NCBI RefSeq assembly: GCF_009914755.1
Contig: NC_060925.1
Origin: the human T2T-CHM13v2.0 reference genome, Homo sapiens
DNA: 64,000 nucleotides
Direction: 5' to 3' (one strand)
Within the stretch, counting starts at the first letter, position 1, and every line of letters starts with the position of its first letter. This document shows positions 1 to 14,990 of the stretch, piece by piece. Under the pieces are notes generated by a model, which was not told the origin of the DNA, did not search any database, and was given only the letters and a program-made list of their open reading frames with translations. Made by a program: the position numbers and the translations under genes.

Positions 1-900
1 ATGTGGCTTGCTACTAAGAAAACTGGGCGTGCCTCTTCACTAGTTAAAAGCCATCACATTTGGAATAAATAATAAACATTTACCTGCTTCTATATTTCTT
101 GAGGTCTGATAACACATTTTGAATAATTTTGTATGTGGGCTCATTGTATCTTTCAGGCCTAATTTCTGACAGTGTCATTTCCCATCTGGGTTTTGATTCT
201 AGAAAGTCAAACCCTGCAGTAACTGCTATTGGCACCCAGTGTTCACCTTGGTCCCTGGTCTGATCACAAGATACTCTACACATTCCAAGCTAAAGTCTGA
301 GATCACTGTTCAATAGTCAAAGGAGTCTAGTTCCTTAAAAAATGCTGGGTGCCTTTCTAGTATGGGGAGTGGGGGAAGAGACTGTTTTAGAAGCACATGA
401 GGAAGTTGCTACTCAGTTTGATTATGTTAGGCAAACAGAAATTAGTTAACTGGCAGGAAAACACAAAGCCAAGTTGGAATCTCAAGCTGAAACCATGGTT
501 TCAAGTGACTATTTGTTACTCCCTGAAATTGCAGCCCCAGACTATTTCCTTCTTTCCATCAGAGCCAAGGCCGATGACCTGCCAGGGCCTTGTAAATCAT
601 TCTCTTACTCCAACAATAAAGCCCATAGTTTATTTCTGGGCTTGCCATCCACGAGCTACAAGAAAACACACTCCAAGCTGACTCCATTGCTGTCAGGCCT
701 CTTTGCAGTGGTTACGATTAGATGAGAGGGGCCACTTGACCTGCAGCTGGATTGGCTGGCCAGTGGCTCTTGTTGCGGTTAATTCAAGAAGCAGGAAAGC
801 AGACATCATACAAGGAGCTCTGACCAAAAGCTTTAGAGGGCTGTTCAAGGAACGCAGGGACTGTGTGTTTATGGTTGGATTTCACCTCAAACACTGATCT

Positions 901-962
901 GTTGTGTGACTTTGAGGAAGTCCCTTCACCTTTCTGTGCCTCAGTTTCTTCATCTGTAACAT
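901..962 (+). mobile_element. MIR SINE core fragment
   Basis: TGTGTGACTTTGAGGAAGTCCCTTCACCTTTCTGTGCCTCAGTTTCTTCATCTGTAA matches the MIR core. Confidence 0.8.
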
Positions 963-1866
963 TACCCTAGTGATGAGTTTTATACCACGTACTTGAGTCT
1001 AAACTTTTAAAACCAGGGACCCAGCTAACATCCCATTGGTTTCTCTTCAGAAAGGTATGGTCTTTTCCATGCAGATTACACTCCATTTCCCAAATACAAT
1101 GGACTGCTTTACAGTTTGGATGATTAGATTTACTGGCTCATTACAGTTTTAAAAATAGAACAAGTCACACAGAACTACAAATTTAGCCCCTGAGGCTGAT
1201 TGTGTTGGCAGGCAAAGAGGCAGCACTTTCTTTCCTCTTTCAGGATTTGACCTGAACACACGGGTTGTATGGCATTTGAGGGATTCATATGTGGTCAAGC
1301 CTCCAACCTTTAAGTATCAGAGCATAGGAGGAGAGAGGACTGTTGACCCCAAGCTTGGGATTTTCTACAACTGAACCCTTGTTCTACTACCTCTTTTCCT
1401 GCTGGCTGCCCTCTGTCCTCCCTTGTGCAACGAAATCTTAGTTCTCTTTCAGGGCTTCAAAAGCCTCCTCCATGTTGCCTTCCCTGGGCCTTCCTCCTCC
1501 TTCCCTCTGCGGGAAGGGCTCTCCCTTCTCTTTCCCCTCTATAAGCACCCATTTGTGCTATACATGTAAATTATATCACAATGCTTTGTACCATGGATGT
1601 TTGTGCCTATGTTTCATTCTCTTCCTTGAGGTCAGGGACATTGTCTGTGATGTTAGATCCCTTATAGTACCCAGACAGGGCTTTGTCTATAATAGGAAAA
1701 TGGATAAACAAGAAAATGGAGGACTTTGGGCATGAGGATTCACTGACCTGGTTCTCCTTGTCTTTCTGTCTTGCATGTCATGAACCTCACTGCATCCACT
1801 CTGTTTTTAGATCTCACTGAGTTCATGTGTTCAACCATACACCTTATTGTGTGCTCTTACGGACAC

Positions 1867-2243
1867 TGTGATGTGCTATCCAGCTCCTGGGGGTGCTGCT
1901 GACAGCAAGCCCTCAGCCCTTATCACACAATACAATTGTCTACCTAAAAAGAGCCCCTTCTCCAAAGTCATGCCCCCTTTCTAGGACAACCTGCATGAAT
2001 AACTGGTCTATGTGGGTTTATAAAGGTTCAGGCCCATACACTAATTTGGAACAACTTCAGAGCCTCCTATGAGATTGGCTGGGGCTATCGTCAAGACTGC
2101 ATCACAGCTCAACTTCTTCCTCTGCCCCATCCTGTTTCCTTCTTTTCCCTTTTATAGCTGTTGATCCTAAGAGCACTCCCTAATAGAAGTCATGCACATC
2201 AAATTATTGCAGAGTCTGCTTCCCAGAGAACCAACCTGCAACA
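1867..2243 (+). mobile_element. ERVL solo LTR, LTR16-like
   Basis: TG...CA ends; 3' part CTGCATCACAGCTCAACTTC...GAGCACTCCCTAATA...CAGAGTCTGCTTCCCAGAGAACCAACCTGCAACA typical of LTR16. Confidence 0.75.
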
Positions 2244-2424
2244 AGTGGCTACCAAGTACCAGGTACTATTCTAGCTTGTGGCTTAGAGTAGTGAACAAGA
2301 ACAGGTCCCTGCCCTCACAGAGCATACAATCTACTGGGAGAAGACAGACAATAAACAAATACACACATAATAAGTTAAAGGAGGTGATGATCAGAATAAG
2401 CAAATTGGAAAGTGACCTAGGAGC

Positions 2425-3122
<698 letters not shown>

Positions 3123-4895
3123 GGAGCCAAGCAAGAATATTATTTTTAATGAAGATGCTGAGGAGGCTTCACTGATAAGTAACAACGCAAATAAAATGAG
3201 GGAGAAAGACATGAAGATATCTCAGAAAAGAGTATTCTAGACAGTTGAAATAGCAACTTCAAAGACTATGCCAAAGGAACAGCAAGGAGAATGCTAGCAG
3301 ATGAGGACGCATAGAGTTAGATCATGTAGGGCCTTGTGGGCCTTGGGTCAATGTTCTATTTTCTGTATTGGGATGTGTGTTCACAGGAATTTATTGGATT
3401 ATTTAAAACAATAAATAAATAAAATTTAGAAAGAGGGCCAAGCACTGACAAAAACAAGAGTGTCATCAACCACAGATTATGATTCTATGTGCCTGAAATT
3501 TAGAAGAGAGAAATGTCTATTCAAAACCCAAGAGGAGATGTTGAATACATGAGTCTTGCATCCAGGGCCTGGATGTACACTTGAGAGTCACCAGCACTGA
3601 GACAGGACATTAAGATGGAGAGGGTGATAGAAAAGAGCTGTCTGGGGGCAGAAGCTGGGAGACTACAACATGAAGAGATTGGAGAGCTGAATAGGAAGCA
3701 GCAAATTCAACTGAGAAGAAGGGGCCAGTGAGGAAAAGGGAAGAAGAGGCGACTCACTTGTCAAATGGTGCTTGAAAGGTCAAATCAGAAGAGGTCTAAG
3801 AACTGGATTTGGCAAAATGGAGGTCACTGGTGATCTCAAAGGAGAAGTTTCAGTAGAGGAGTAAAGACAAAAGTCCAAACAAGTGACAGCAAGAGAGACT
3901 AAGAGGACAGGAGAAGACAGTGAGTATATAAACAATGATCTCGTGGATTTTGCCAAAAAAGGGTGCAGATAAATGGGATGGTAGCTGGAAGGGATGTGGA
4001 ATCAAGGAAGGGACAATTGAAGATGGGAGATATCCATTCTTCAGTGACAATTTATCGAGCACCTACTTATTTTCAGGTGTAAAATTATGTACTGGGAAAA
4101 CTGTGTAAACTCCTTTAGCAGGTGTTGTGGGTGCCTGCAACCCACCTCAAGGCAGCCCTGCGGACAGGTCTGTGCAAGTTGCTAGCATCCTACCTCAGAC
4201 ACACACCAGAGGACCTCTTTGCTTTTCCACCTCAGGGATTCCTCCAGAACTTCTCTGTATACTGATGGGAATTATCCCATTGAGAGGCAAAACTGATCAT
4301 GCAGGAGACAGAAGAGTCAACCAGTAGGAAGGGTAATATCCATTGCACAGTTGGGAGGGTTAGCCTTAGACAGCAGCTGGGACAAGCTGAATTGTGATGA
4401 GTGGGAAGGAGCCCTGTGGATAAGGTTGCACGTGGGCTGGTTGACTTTGTTGTGGGAGTGTGTGGATGTTCTCTTCAGATTAATTCTATTTTCACAGTGG
4501 AACAAGTAGTAAGACCAACAGCTGAGTGCAAATTGTGGTAAATGAATTTGAGGTCTGAGGAAAGGCGAGAGAATATGAAATGCCTAGCCATACACATTCA
4601 CTGCACATGTCATGTACCAGGCACTCTTCCAGGCAGCTGGGATAGCACAGAGATCTCTGTCCATGCAGAGCTCATACTCCAGTGAATCCACTAGAGAAAT
4701 GTGCTCAGACTGCCAGGCAGCACTTGGGACCCACTTGAGGTTAGAACCAAAGCTATGAATGAGAGCAGTCCCATGACTGTGTGTTGGTCAGCTAAGGGAT
4801 TCTGATGTCCAACAGAGCAGTGTCTGGGGAAAATGAAGTAGGAACAGAGACATTAAAAATAAAACCCATCAATTTAAAATACCTACCTAAAACTA

Positions 4896-5228
<333 letters not shown>

Positions 5229-5289
5229 CTACCTGCCCCCACCATACCCTTCTTTATATCCCTATTCCCACCACTGTAGTTCAAGTTCT

Positions 5290-6230
<941 letters not shown>

Positions 6231-7211
6231 CACTTGGAAAGCCAACCTTTCTTCAGCATTTCATTTTGTATGCTGACTCAGAGGCAAAAAAAAAAAAAAA
6301 AAAAAAAAGGATTCCTTCAGGGAGCCCTCATGCCAACACCTCTGATTGGTGGTTCCAATTACAGGAAGTTCACGAGAGAAGCCACCTCCCATTTGTTTTC
6401 ACTCCATTAGGAAATTCTTTGTGTTAATTCAACATTTTGTCCTTTGACCCATTAAGTAAAGCTTTGCTGGAAGCAATTTAATTAAAACCCTTGTGATTTT
6501 TGCAAGATTACCAAAAATTTTAGCCTCCCTAGGCAGAACCATGGCTTGTAAAATGCAGCATTTTCAGACATCTACATATCCAGCCAGGAGCCCAGCAACT
6601 CAGGCTTGTGCAAAGTTGAAGTTCTGAGAAGTTCCTCCCACATTGGTTGAGGTCACTTGGCTGGTAGACAGATTTTGTAAATGTAGCTTACTGTCAAAAA
6701 GCTGTAGCATACCAAATACAGCCTCCCTTTCCCCACACATACAGACACATACACCCTCTCTTTCTTGTCTAAATAAATATAATAGCAACCTTGGTGAGCC
6801 AGCATAGTCTCAGCAATTACAGATAAAAACAGCAATTACCACTTCACAACATCTCAAGTTCTTGGTTCCCCAAATGAAAAGTCACCCTGTTTGAAGCTAA
6901 GTCTTTTCTGCACCCAGAACAGCCTTCTATTATTTTGCCCAGTAAAGATTTATCGAGGGCTTACTACATCAAAGATAAATGGAGTTGAAGTAAACAATAC
7001 AAAGGAAAATAAGGTCTGTAAGCTCTTAAGAGGTTTACAAACTACTGATAGGAGGCAGGTAATATAAGGTTATTAAACTCAAGTTCAAGTGCTAAGAGAT
7101 GTGTAAATTGGAAATGGTGGGAATAGAAGGAGGGATAACTTGGGTGGAAGGGGAAAGGACAGTTCAAGAAAGTCTTCAGAGAGGATGCCGTAAAAGGTGC
7201 TCAGTTGATTG

Positions 7212-7320
7212 GTGGTTCCTCATTAAGTTAAACATAAAATTAGCATATGATCTAGCAATTCCACTCCTTTGTATATACCACCCAAAACCGAAGCAGGTGC
7301 AACAAAAACTTGTACACATA
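7212..7320 (+). mobile_element. L1M short fragment
   Basis: AAGTTAAACATAAAATTAGCATATGATCTAGCAATTCCACTCC, ORF2-end motif. Confidence 0.7.
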
Positions 7321-7341
7321 TCTTTAAAAACAGGTGATATA

Positions 7342-7674
<333 letters not shown>

Positions 7675-8362
7675 TCAGTTTTGCTGTTGTAAGTTTGCAT
7701 AGAATAGGCAGATTGTTTAACCAATTAAAAGTGATTACTTAGATAGGACAATTTTCTCAAATTCAAGAGGTTGTATTAAAATGGTAGTTTATTGTGTCAA
7801 GAGAAAAGGTCTTTATGATATTTTATTTAAAGATAATCTTATAGGAACACAAACTTGGAATATGGCCTTATTTTATGAGGTACTTAAAACTAATTTAATG
7901 GGCCTGTCTGGAAAAGATAAAATGTTATACATGTGAACTACTTCTCCAAGATTCTATCCATTAAGTGATAATGGATGCTGTTTACTGGAATGGGGTAAGC
8001 CTTTTGCAACCATATTTTCTGACCAAAATAGTTCATAGGGTCACAGATGAAAGGACACCCAAAGTTTACCTATGCTTAGAAACACTTACACAAAGGGCAG
8101 TCCACTGACTTATTGTTTAGAAAGTAGCCTCAGGCTCTTTTGAAACACACTTTAAGTCACCAATTCAGCTTGGAAACACAACATCTACTCCCATTTGTCC
8201 TAGGGCCTTGTTAAAGTATGACCTTGGTCAGAAATCCTTTATTTCCTTCTTGTTTACCAGGATAGTTAAATTAGAACCTCTTTCCAAGGGAGTATCTTAG
8301 CTCATTGATTAAAGGTCTTTAAAGCAGGCAAGAACATTGCCGCTGAGTGTGAGGCTCCACAG

Positions 8363-8535
8363 CAGCGCTGACCCATGGAAAACAACACGAGCCACATCTG
8401 TGGCTTTACATTTCCTAGTAGCCACATTAAATAAGTTACAAGAGATGTGAAATTAATTTTACTTATATATTACTTAACCCAATATGTTCAAAATAATATC
8501 ACTTTAACATGTAATCAATATAAAATTATTAATGA
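8363..8535 (+). mobile_element. MER33-like hAT-Charlie MITE, partial
   Basis: CAGCGCTG start; TAGTAGCCACATTAAA...AACATGTAATCAATATAAAATTATTAATGA. Confidence 0.8.
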
Positions 8536-9179
8536 AGAAAACCAGGTGGAAGAAAAAGGAAGAATGAAGGGAGAGAGATGAAAGAGAGAAAGGGAAGCAT
8601 GGAAGAAAGTTCTTCTGCAATTTGCTGGCACAAAGATATATTTCTCAAGATATAAACACCTTTTCCTCTTAACAAACACCACTCTCATGGATCCAAATCT
8701 CCACAAATGTATAAGCACACTCATCTATACATACACACATGTCCCCACAGGAGAGGGTGAAGAATCATTTAGCACTTAATTATGGTGCTGCTTCAAGGTA
8801 TCAGACATTATTCAGTTGGTCTAGGTTACCACTCTAGGTTCAAACTCCTCTCCCTCATCGGTGTCAGCTCAGCCCTGCCAAGGCCCATTCTCCTCTGTCG
8901 ATCTTCCTCATCACCTCTGTAAACTGTTACCTTCTTGCCCGAAAACCGCAGCTTCCTCCATGTCCCTCATCTGGTTAGTAACATAACCGTCCACCTTGAC
9001 CCCCAACAGCATCTTAATTATACCATCTAATGGCTTTTTCAGTCCTTGCCTCCCTAGCTTAAATGCAGCATTGAGTCATCCAAACATTCATTCAAAACAT
9101 ATTTGTTAAGAGCTTGCCCTGCGCATCATGGTGCAAGGCATTAGCAATACCAAGACATAGAAGGCTCTGATGTCCTCTT

Positions 9180-10115
9180 TTCCTTTGCCTTCCATCCCAT
9201 TACATCATGTTTATTTCTTAAATGTTCAATCGTTCCTTCTGCCAAAACACTAGAAAACCAGAAAGTTCTCTCACATACCACAGCTAATCCTTCAGCAGTT
9301 GTGTTGTTTCTGCCTTCAAAACTCATGTCAGGTTTGCCCGCCTCTGACCATCTCCCCTGCTCCCATCCATGGCCCAACCACTGTGATCTCTGGGCACCAG
9401 CTTAGTGGCCTGCTGGTGAGTCTTCCACTCCATACTTACTTTCTACCATCCACAGTAGACAAACTGGTCCTTTAAAAAGCAAGTCAGATCATGTCACTCT
9501 CCTCAGAGCTCCCAGTGAGGTCCCCAACACATCTAAGAATAAACTCCAAGACCTTTACCATGGCCTACAAGGCCACAGCCAAAAGTCCTCCTTCCCTGGC
9601 CCAGCTCCTGCTGGCTCCTCTGCCTTCCTCTCCTGCTCCCCTCCCCAGTACTCACTCTGCTACAGCCCCACTGGACCCTGCCTGGCCCTGCAGCCATTCC
9701 CCAGACACAACCAGCTGTTTCTCAACTCAGAATTGTTACGCATCTCATTCTCCGCCTGGAATGCTCTTCCTCCAGATCTTCTTATGGCCACCTCGTCTCA
9801 GGGTTCTACTCAGATGTCACTGCCTGAGAGGCTTCTCCTTATTCAATCAAAAAGTGCTCCTCCACCCCCACTCCCCTTCCCCCCTCCCCCACTTCCCCAT
9901 GTCCCATCACTCTCAAGCCCTTATTCTGCTTTATTTTCTCCATGGCACTATTTAAACCCATGTTATATATTTATGTGTTTGTCTACTGTATGTATTATTT
10001 TACATTAGAATGGAGGCTCCAAGAAGTCAAGGCCTTGCTATCCCAGGACATAGAAAAGCACGGGGCACACAGTAGGACATCCCAGGAAAAGCATGGGGTA
10101 CACAGTAGGAGCTCC
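9180..10115 (+). mobile_element. L2a 3' region
   Basis: AAGTCAGATCATGTCACTC, GAATAAACTCCAAGACCTTTACCATGGCCTACAAGGCC, GGCACACAGTAGG. Confidence 0.8.
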
Positions 10116-10228
10116 AGTGTGCAGATTCCCCTCCTCCTCCCACCTCCTGAGTGTAGGTGGTTCACAAAAGCTGTTCTCAGGAGGCTTTTGTTCTTCCTAG
10201 GCACTCTGGGGGACCTCCACTTCCATCG

Positions 10229-10405
10229 CAGTGCTTTTCAAAGTGTGATCAGCCCAGCACCTGCATCCACATCTTCTGGGATGCTGCTTAAAAATAGATT
10301 CCTGGGCTCAACACTGAATCTTCTCTCGGCAGAGTGGAGCCTGAAACCTGCCATTAAATAAGCTCTCCAGGTAATTCTTGTGCTTGATAAGCTTAAGAAC
10401 CACAT
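10229..10405. mobile_element. MER5-family hAT MITE
   Basis: TIR-like CAGTGCTTTTCAAA ... TTAAGAACCACA; internal AAATAGATTCCTGGGC. Confidence 0.75.
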
Positions 10406-10439
10406 TTTTAGATTTTAGTAATTACCTTTACTGATTGCC

Positions 10440-10980
10440 AGATCTGTGTTTCCACCTCTTGTTTCCAAAGCATCCCCAAGGTTTGTTGATTCTGCATCTG
10501 AAGCATCTCTCAAATCTGTGTGTTCCATTCACATTTGCGGTCTCTTACCTGGCTCACAGCTTTATTTGAATCATTACAATAGCCACCGAGCTAGTATCTG
10601 TGATCTTTCTAAACCACACAGCTAACCCATGTCATTTTCCTTTCTAAAACCATCAGTGGTTTTCCATTCTCTCCCCTCGGGGTCCCGTTTCAACACTTTT
10701 TAAATCCTCCCTCTCTAACAAGAATCAGTTTATGTGCCAATTTCTCTGGAAAATTCTCAGCTGAATGGGGTCTCCGCTCCCACTTTGATGCCCGAAGAGC
10801 TCTGTCATCTCTTAAGGTATTTATTCACTTTACCTTTAGTAGAGCTATTTATTTATCTGTCTTATTTCCTCAAATCATGTTCCATGAGTTCAGGAAATGC
10901 AATTCATTCATCTTTTTATACTCCAAAGCACTTAGCCCAATGATTGGTACTCAATAAATGTTTGTTGAATGAATGATTGA
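10440..10980 (+). mobile_element. L2 3' end fragments
   Basis: Ends in TACTCAATAAATGTTTGTTGAATGAATGA. Confidence 0.65.
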
Positions 10981-11650
10981 GCTCATGTTTGGTTCAAAAT
11001 ATAGTTTTTCATTCTGTGTTTTTTCTCTTCCAGTAGTTAAAAATGAAACCCACAAGATAGTAATTCAAAAAATGTTGTTCATTCATTTCTGCTAAAAGAA
11101 AAACACTGACAGCCAAGCACTGACACTCATTTGTGATAATCATCAATTTAGATATTGCAATGAATTTCAAAAACAAATGTATCATAATCAAGGAACATAA
11201 AACCATTTACTAAGTATGACAAAGGACAAAAAACCTTTGCGTCCCCAATCATGGTCACAAAACAGGATTCAAAATGAATGCAAAGACAAGCAGCCCTTTG
11301 TGAATATTCAATGTGTAATATAATTTAAATATAGCAAGGGAGAGAGTTGACACTCAGAACTCCACTCCTCAAGGTAACTTTTCCTTGTTCTCCAGTTTGC
11401 AACAATTTTGCCTTCTCTTAGGCAGATATAAAGCTTGGGTGTACTGAGTGGATTTGATCACCTACACCGATCCCTGCCCATAGACTGTCTTCACACTGCA
11501 AGTCTGTTTCTACTGCTGGGCTGGGGGAGATATGTCTATGGCATTACAGCTGGGAGTGTGGACTTTTTTTCCTAAGAAAAAGATGCTATACATGAGGCTA
11601 AATAAATCAAAATAAAATTTTGAAGAATCCTATTTACTTATTTATTTATT

Positions 11651-11946
11651 GAGGTGGGGTCTTGCTATGTTGCCCAGGCAAGAGTGCAATGGCTATTCAC
11701 AGGTGTGATTCCACTACTGATCAGCACAGGAGTTTTGAATTACTCCGTTTTTAAACTGAGCTAGTTCACCCCTCCTTAGGCAACCTTGTGGTCTCCCATT
11801 CCCGGGAAGTCACTATATTGGTGATGAACTTAATGCAGACACCTGATCAGCACACAGCACTGCAGCCCAGGAGCAAGCTCAAGCGATCCTCCTGCCTCAG
11901 CCTCCCCAAGTAGCTGGGACTACAGGCATGAACCACCATGTCTGCC
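11651..11946 (-). pseudogene. Full-length 7SL (SRP RNA) processed pseudogene
   Basis: Reverse complement follows 7SL end to end, including the S domain absent from Alus (AGGTTGCCTAAGGAGGGGTGAAC, AAAACTCCTGTGCTGATCAGTAGTGG, CCTGTGAATAGCC); A-rich tail at 11632-11650. Confidence 0.93.
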
Positions 11947-12424
11947 TTAATAATCTTTTTATATTTAGGGTTAAACAGGCTCTTAGAATCTAGCCTGGTA
12001 ACCTAACCATATAGTCTCAATGGTTTGGGCAAAGGCATTTTGAATTCCTACCAAGAGATGAACTTTTGAAAAACTCTCTTTCTGGACACATAAACAACTG
12101 GATAATGTTCTCCCCTTTTCTCACTTAGTCCCATTGACCTTGCAAAATGGCTCTTGGTCCTGTGGCTTCTGTCCTGGGAATATGGAAGAAATTACAATTA
12201 GACATACCATTTGCTGAATTACGCTTGAAACCCCACAATAGTGGCATTTCTTACAAAGTAAGAAAACCAAAAAATGAAGCTGTACAATAATAAAGCATTT
12301 AAGATAATTTTGGAAATGTTCTTCCTGATATTCGTTGCCGTTATGTTCTATTCATCTGTGCAAAGACAATATACTTCTCACACAATTAATCTGAAACCTA
12401 TGCTGTTGTTCTCATTTGCCCTAA

Positions 12425-12505
12425 AATCATAAACTCACAAGGTTGGAAGAGCCCTTGGTGAACATCTGGCTAAATGCCCTCGTTTTGCCTACAAACACAA
12501 TGAAA
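12425..12505 (-). mobile_element. MIR fragment
   Basis: AAGGTTGGAAGAGCCCTTGG..CATCTGGCTAAATGCCCTCGTTTTG. Confidence 0.5.
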
Positions 12506-13404
12506 TTGCTTTAGTTTTATCTTTGTCATAAATTTGATACATCACAAATATTCTGAATGCTTCCCGTGGGTTACAGATGTAGCCCATTGGGTTCTATATT
12601 GAATGAGTTTTGTTTATAAAATTGCAGGAAGAATTAATACATGGTATCTCTTTAGATAATACAGGACAAAAAACAACGTCAGAATCAATTTTATAAAGCG
12701 GTATTCTGGAAATAAAAGACAACAGACTCAAAATTTTAAATTAAAACTCTGCATGAAGGAAGAATAAATAGGAAAAGCACTCCTATTATTATTATTTAAC
12801 CTCAGGAGGAATGAATGACTTAACTAGTGGTTTCACTCCCAGACTCCTTGGTACTTTAGAGACACATTTAAGCTTGCATTTAACTTGTTTGGAAACTAGC
12901 TTAGTAACTTGAGCAAACAGAAGCCTCTTTATGAGAACTGTCTTTCTCTGTGGTCAGAGACAGCTTTGTCCAAAAACTTGTTCATTTGGTTTTTTCATGA
13001 CTGGGAATTTTTGACGATACATGAAAGCTGTGAGCAGGGGCGCCTGGTAGCACAAAGAGTTGTTTTGGGGGATATTTCATGATACAGAAGGGTTACAGAT
13101 ACTTCTATCTAAAAAGGGTGAATGGAGTCTTCATCAGGTGATGGAGAAGATGAGGAAATCGAGGAAAGTGGCAGAAAAGCAAACCTCTTATATATATAGA
13201 TGCAGACAGAAAGAAAACTATGAAATACCAGAATAGTATCTGCATCAAATACATTAATTTACTCTTCAACAAGATCAGTTCCACCTTCATCTAAATTACG
13301 CGTTGAGATTCCTTGTACCATTTTGTTTTTAAAGAGTTGTACTGAGGGGTATTCAAAAAGGCTTGAAAACCATTGATCTATTTCAATTCCCTCGATTTAA
13401 ATCA

Positions 13405-14110
13405 ATTACACAGACATTAATTAAGCACCTGCTACATTTTGTGAAGTATCCTTGTTTCTAGGGATATAAAAATAAATAAGACACACTTTCTGCTCTTTAG
13501 AAGTTTATCATCTTGTGGGAAAAACAGACTCATTAATCACCACAACAGAGATGATAAGAGCTATGGGAACACAGATGAAGGAACAATTAATTCAGCCGGA
13601 GAGAGCCAAATAAAGATATAAAAAGGCAACATTTGAGTTGGGCCTTTAAATATGTTGGAAGTTTGTCAGGTGGACAAATAAGATAAGAGCACTCAAGGGT
13701 AAATATACTTGGCATGGCTGAGGTTCAATTCTTGCCAGAGTGGTGGGTCTGCTGGAGATTTTTGGGAGGGGACGCTGGGGGTTGGCTCAGTGAGCACCAT
13801 ACCATGTTAAGTGGTCACCAATTGCCAATATTATTTTTTTAAGAAGGGGGATGAAAGAATCAGATCTATGCTCTAAATATGTAACTTTGGAAACAACATG
13901 GCAGATAGAAGATGGGGGAGAGCCCCCTTGGGAGGCCTTAAAAGAGTCGAAGTAGAAGAGGATGGGAGCCTGGACTCTGCACATCTGGAAGGGAAAAAAC
14001 AAATGCAAGAAATATTTTGAGGTAGAATTGGTTGTACTGGGTGATAAACTGAGTGTGACAGATAAGGAGGAAGAATAGTCAAAATGGACTCTGATTCTTT
14101 CTTGGGAAGA
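13405..14110 (-). mobile_element. L2 3' region
   Basis: ATTAAGCACCTGCTAC, GCTATGGGAACACAGATGAAGG, CATTTGAGTTGGGCCTT, CAGATCTATGCTCTAAATATGTAACTTTGG. Confidence 0.7.
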
Positions 14111-14124
14111 GTGTGGGTAAATAT

Positions 14125-14990
14125 TGGTCTTATTATTCTGTCTGCAAAAGTCAGAAACTCAGCTTGGGCAAAATGATAACTATATTATCCTCATAATCCA
14201 AATTTAGGTTAAGAAAACAAATTGGAGACACAGCTGGGCATCTATAACTAAAGAACAAATGTAATCTAAATCCATTCTTCCTCTTGCCTGCCCTCTCTCC
14301 TACTCACAACCCTCCTTTCTGCTTCTTTCTACTAGTTTCCCTCCCATCTCTGCTTTTTTTTAAAAAAAAAAAAACAGCTTTGTTGAGGTATTATTGAATT
14401 AAAATGATAAAATACACTGCATATTTAAAGCATACAGTTGTATAAGTTTTGAAATACGCACACACCTTGAAACCATCATTATATCCATCACCCCCAATCT
14501 CCCCATATCTCTTTGTAATTTCCCCCTCCCATACCTGCCTCACTTCTCCTCTCCTCCTTTCCCAGCTGTGACTGACCTGATTTCTGTCATTACAAATTAG
14601 TTTCCATTTTCAAGGGTTTTATATAAATGGAGTCATCTAGTAGGTATTTATTTTTGTCTGATTTCACTCAGATTGATTCATGCTGTTGTGTGATCTGTAG
14701 TTCATTCCTTTTGATTGCTGAATAGTATTCCATCATCTCTGCTTTTTTCTCTGTATTGTTTTATTCTTTCTCTGCTGCCTATTTCTTGCAGAAAAAACCT
14801 GGCTCATGGTAGTTCCGAGGTTTACATTTTATGATTACCTCCACCAAGAACTGCCTGATTCTCTTTCTGGTCTCAAGTTCAGAAATTCCTGGAAAGGTTT
14901 TTGATTGGCTCTCTGTTGGGTCAGAGCCTCAACCCTGGGCCAGATATCTATGGCTGGACGGGCAAGGCTTCATGGAGAACATAGCAAAGC
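14125..14990 (-). mobile_element. Old MaLR LTR (MLT1K/L-like) interrupted by an L1
   Basis: TCTCTGCTTTTTTCTCTGTATTG, TGATTGGCTCTCTGTTGGGTCAGAGCC; boundaries approximate. Confidence 0.55.
14360..14733 (-). mobile_element. 5'-truncated L1M (MC/MD-like) 3' end
   Basis: AACAGCTTTGTTGAGGTA...TTGCTGAATAGTATTCCAT; 15-bp TSD CATCTCTGCTTTTTT at 14345-14359 and 14734-14748. Confidence 0.85.

Noticed and set aside
4120-4260. Possible LTR33-like fragment
   Set aside because: Too diverged to call or bound by eye.
6286-6308. Orphan A23 as a truncated retro-insertion
   Set aside because: No TSD or element body is visible; treated as a mononucleotide repeat.
9491-9955. 154-aa Pro/Ser-rich ORF
   Set aside because: Lies inside C-rich L2 3' sequence; compositional artefact.
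13030-13050. CTCF-like GAGCAGGGGCGCC
   Set aside because: One G short of the core and lacks the 5' CC; too weak without data.
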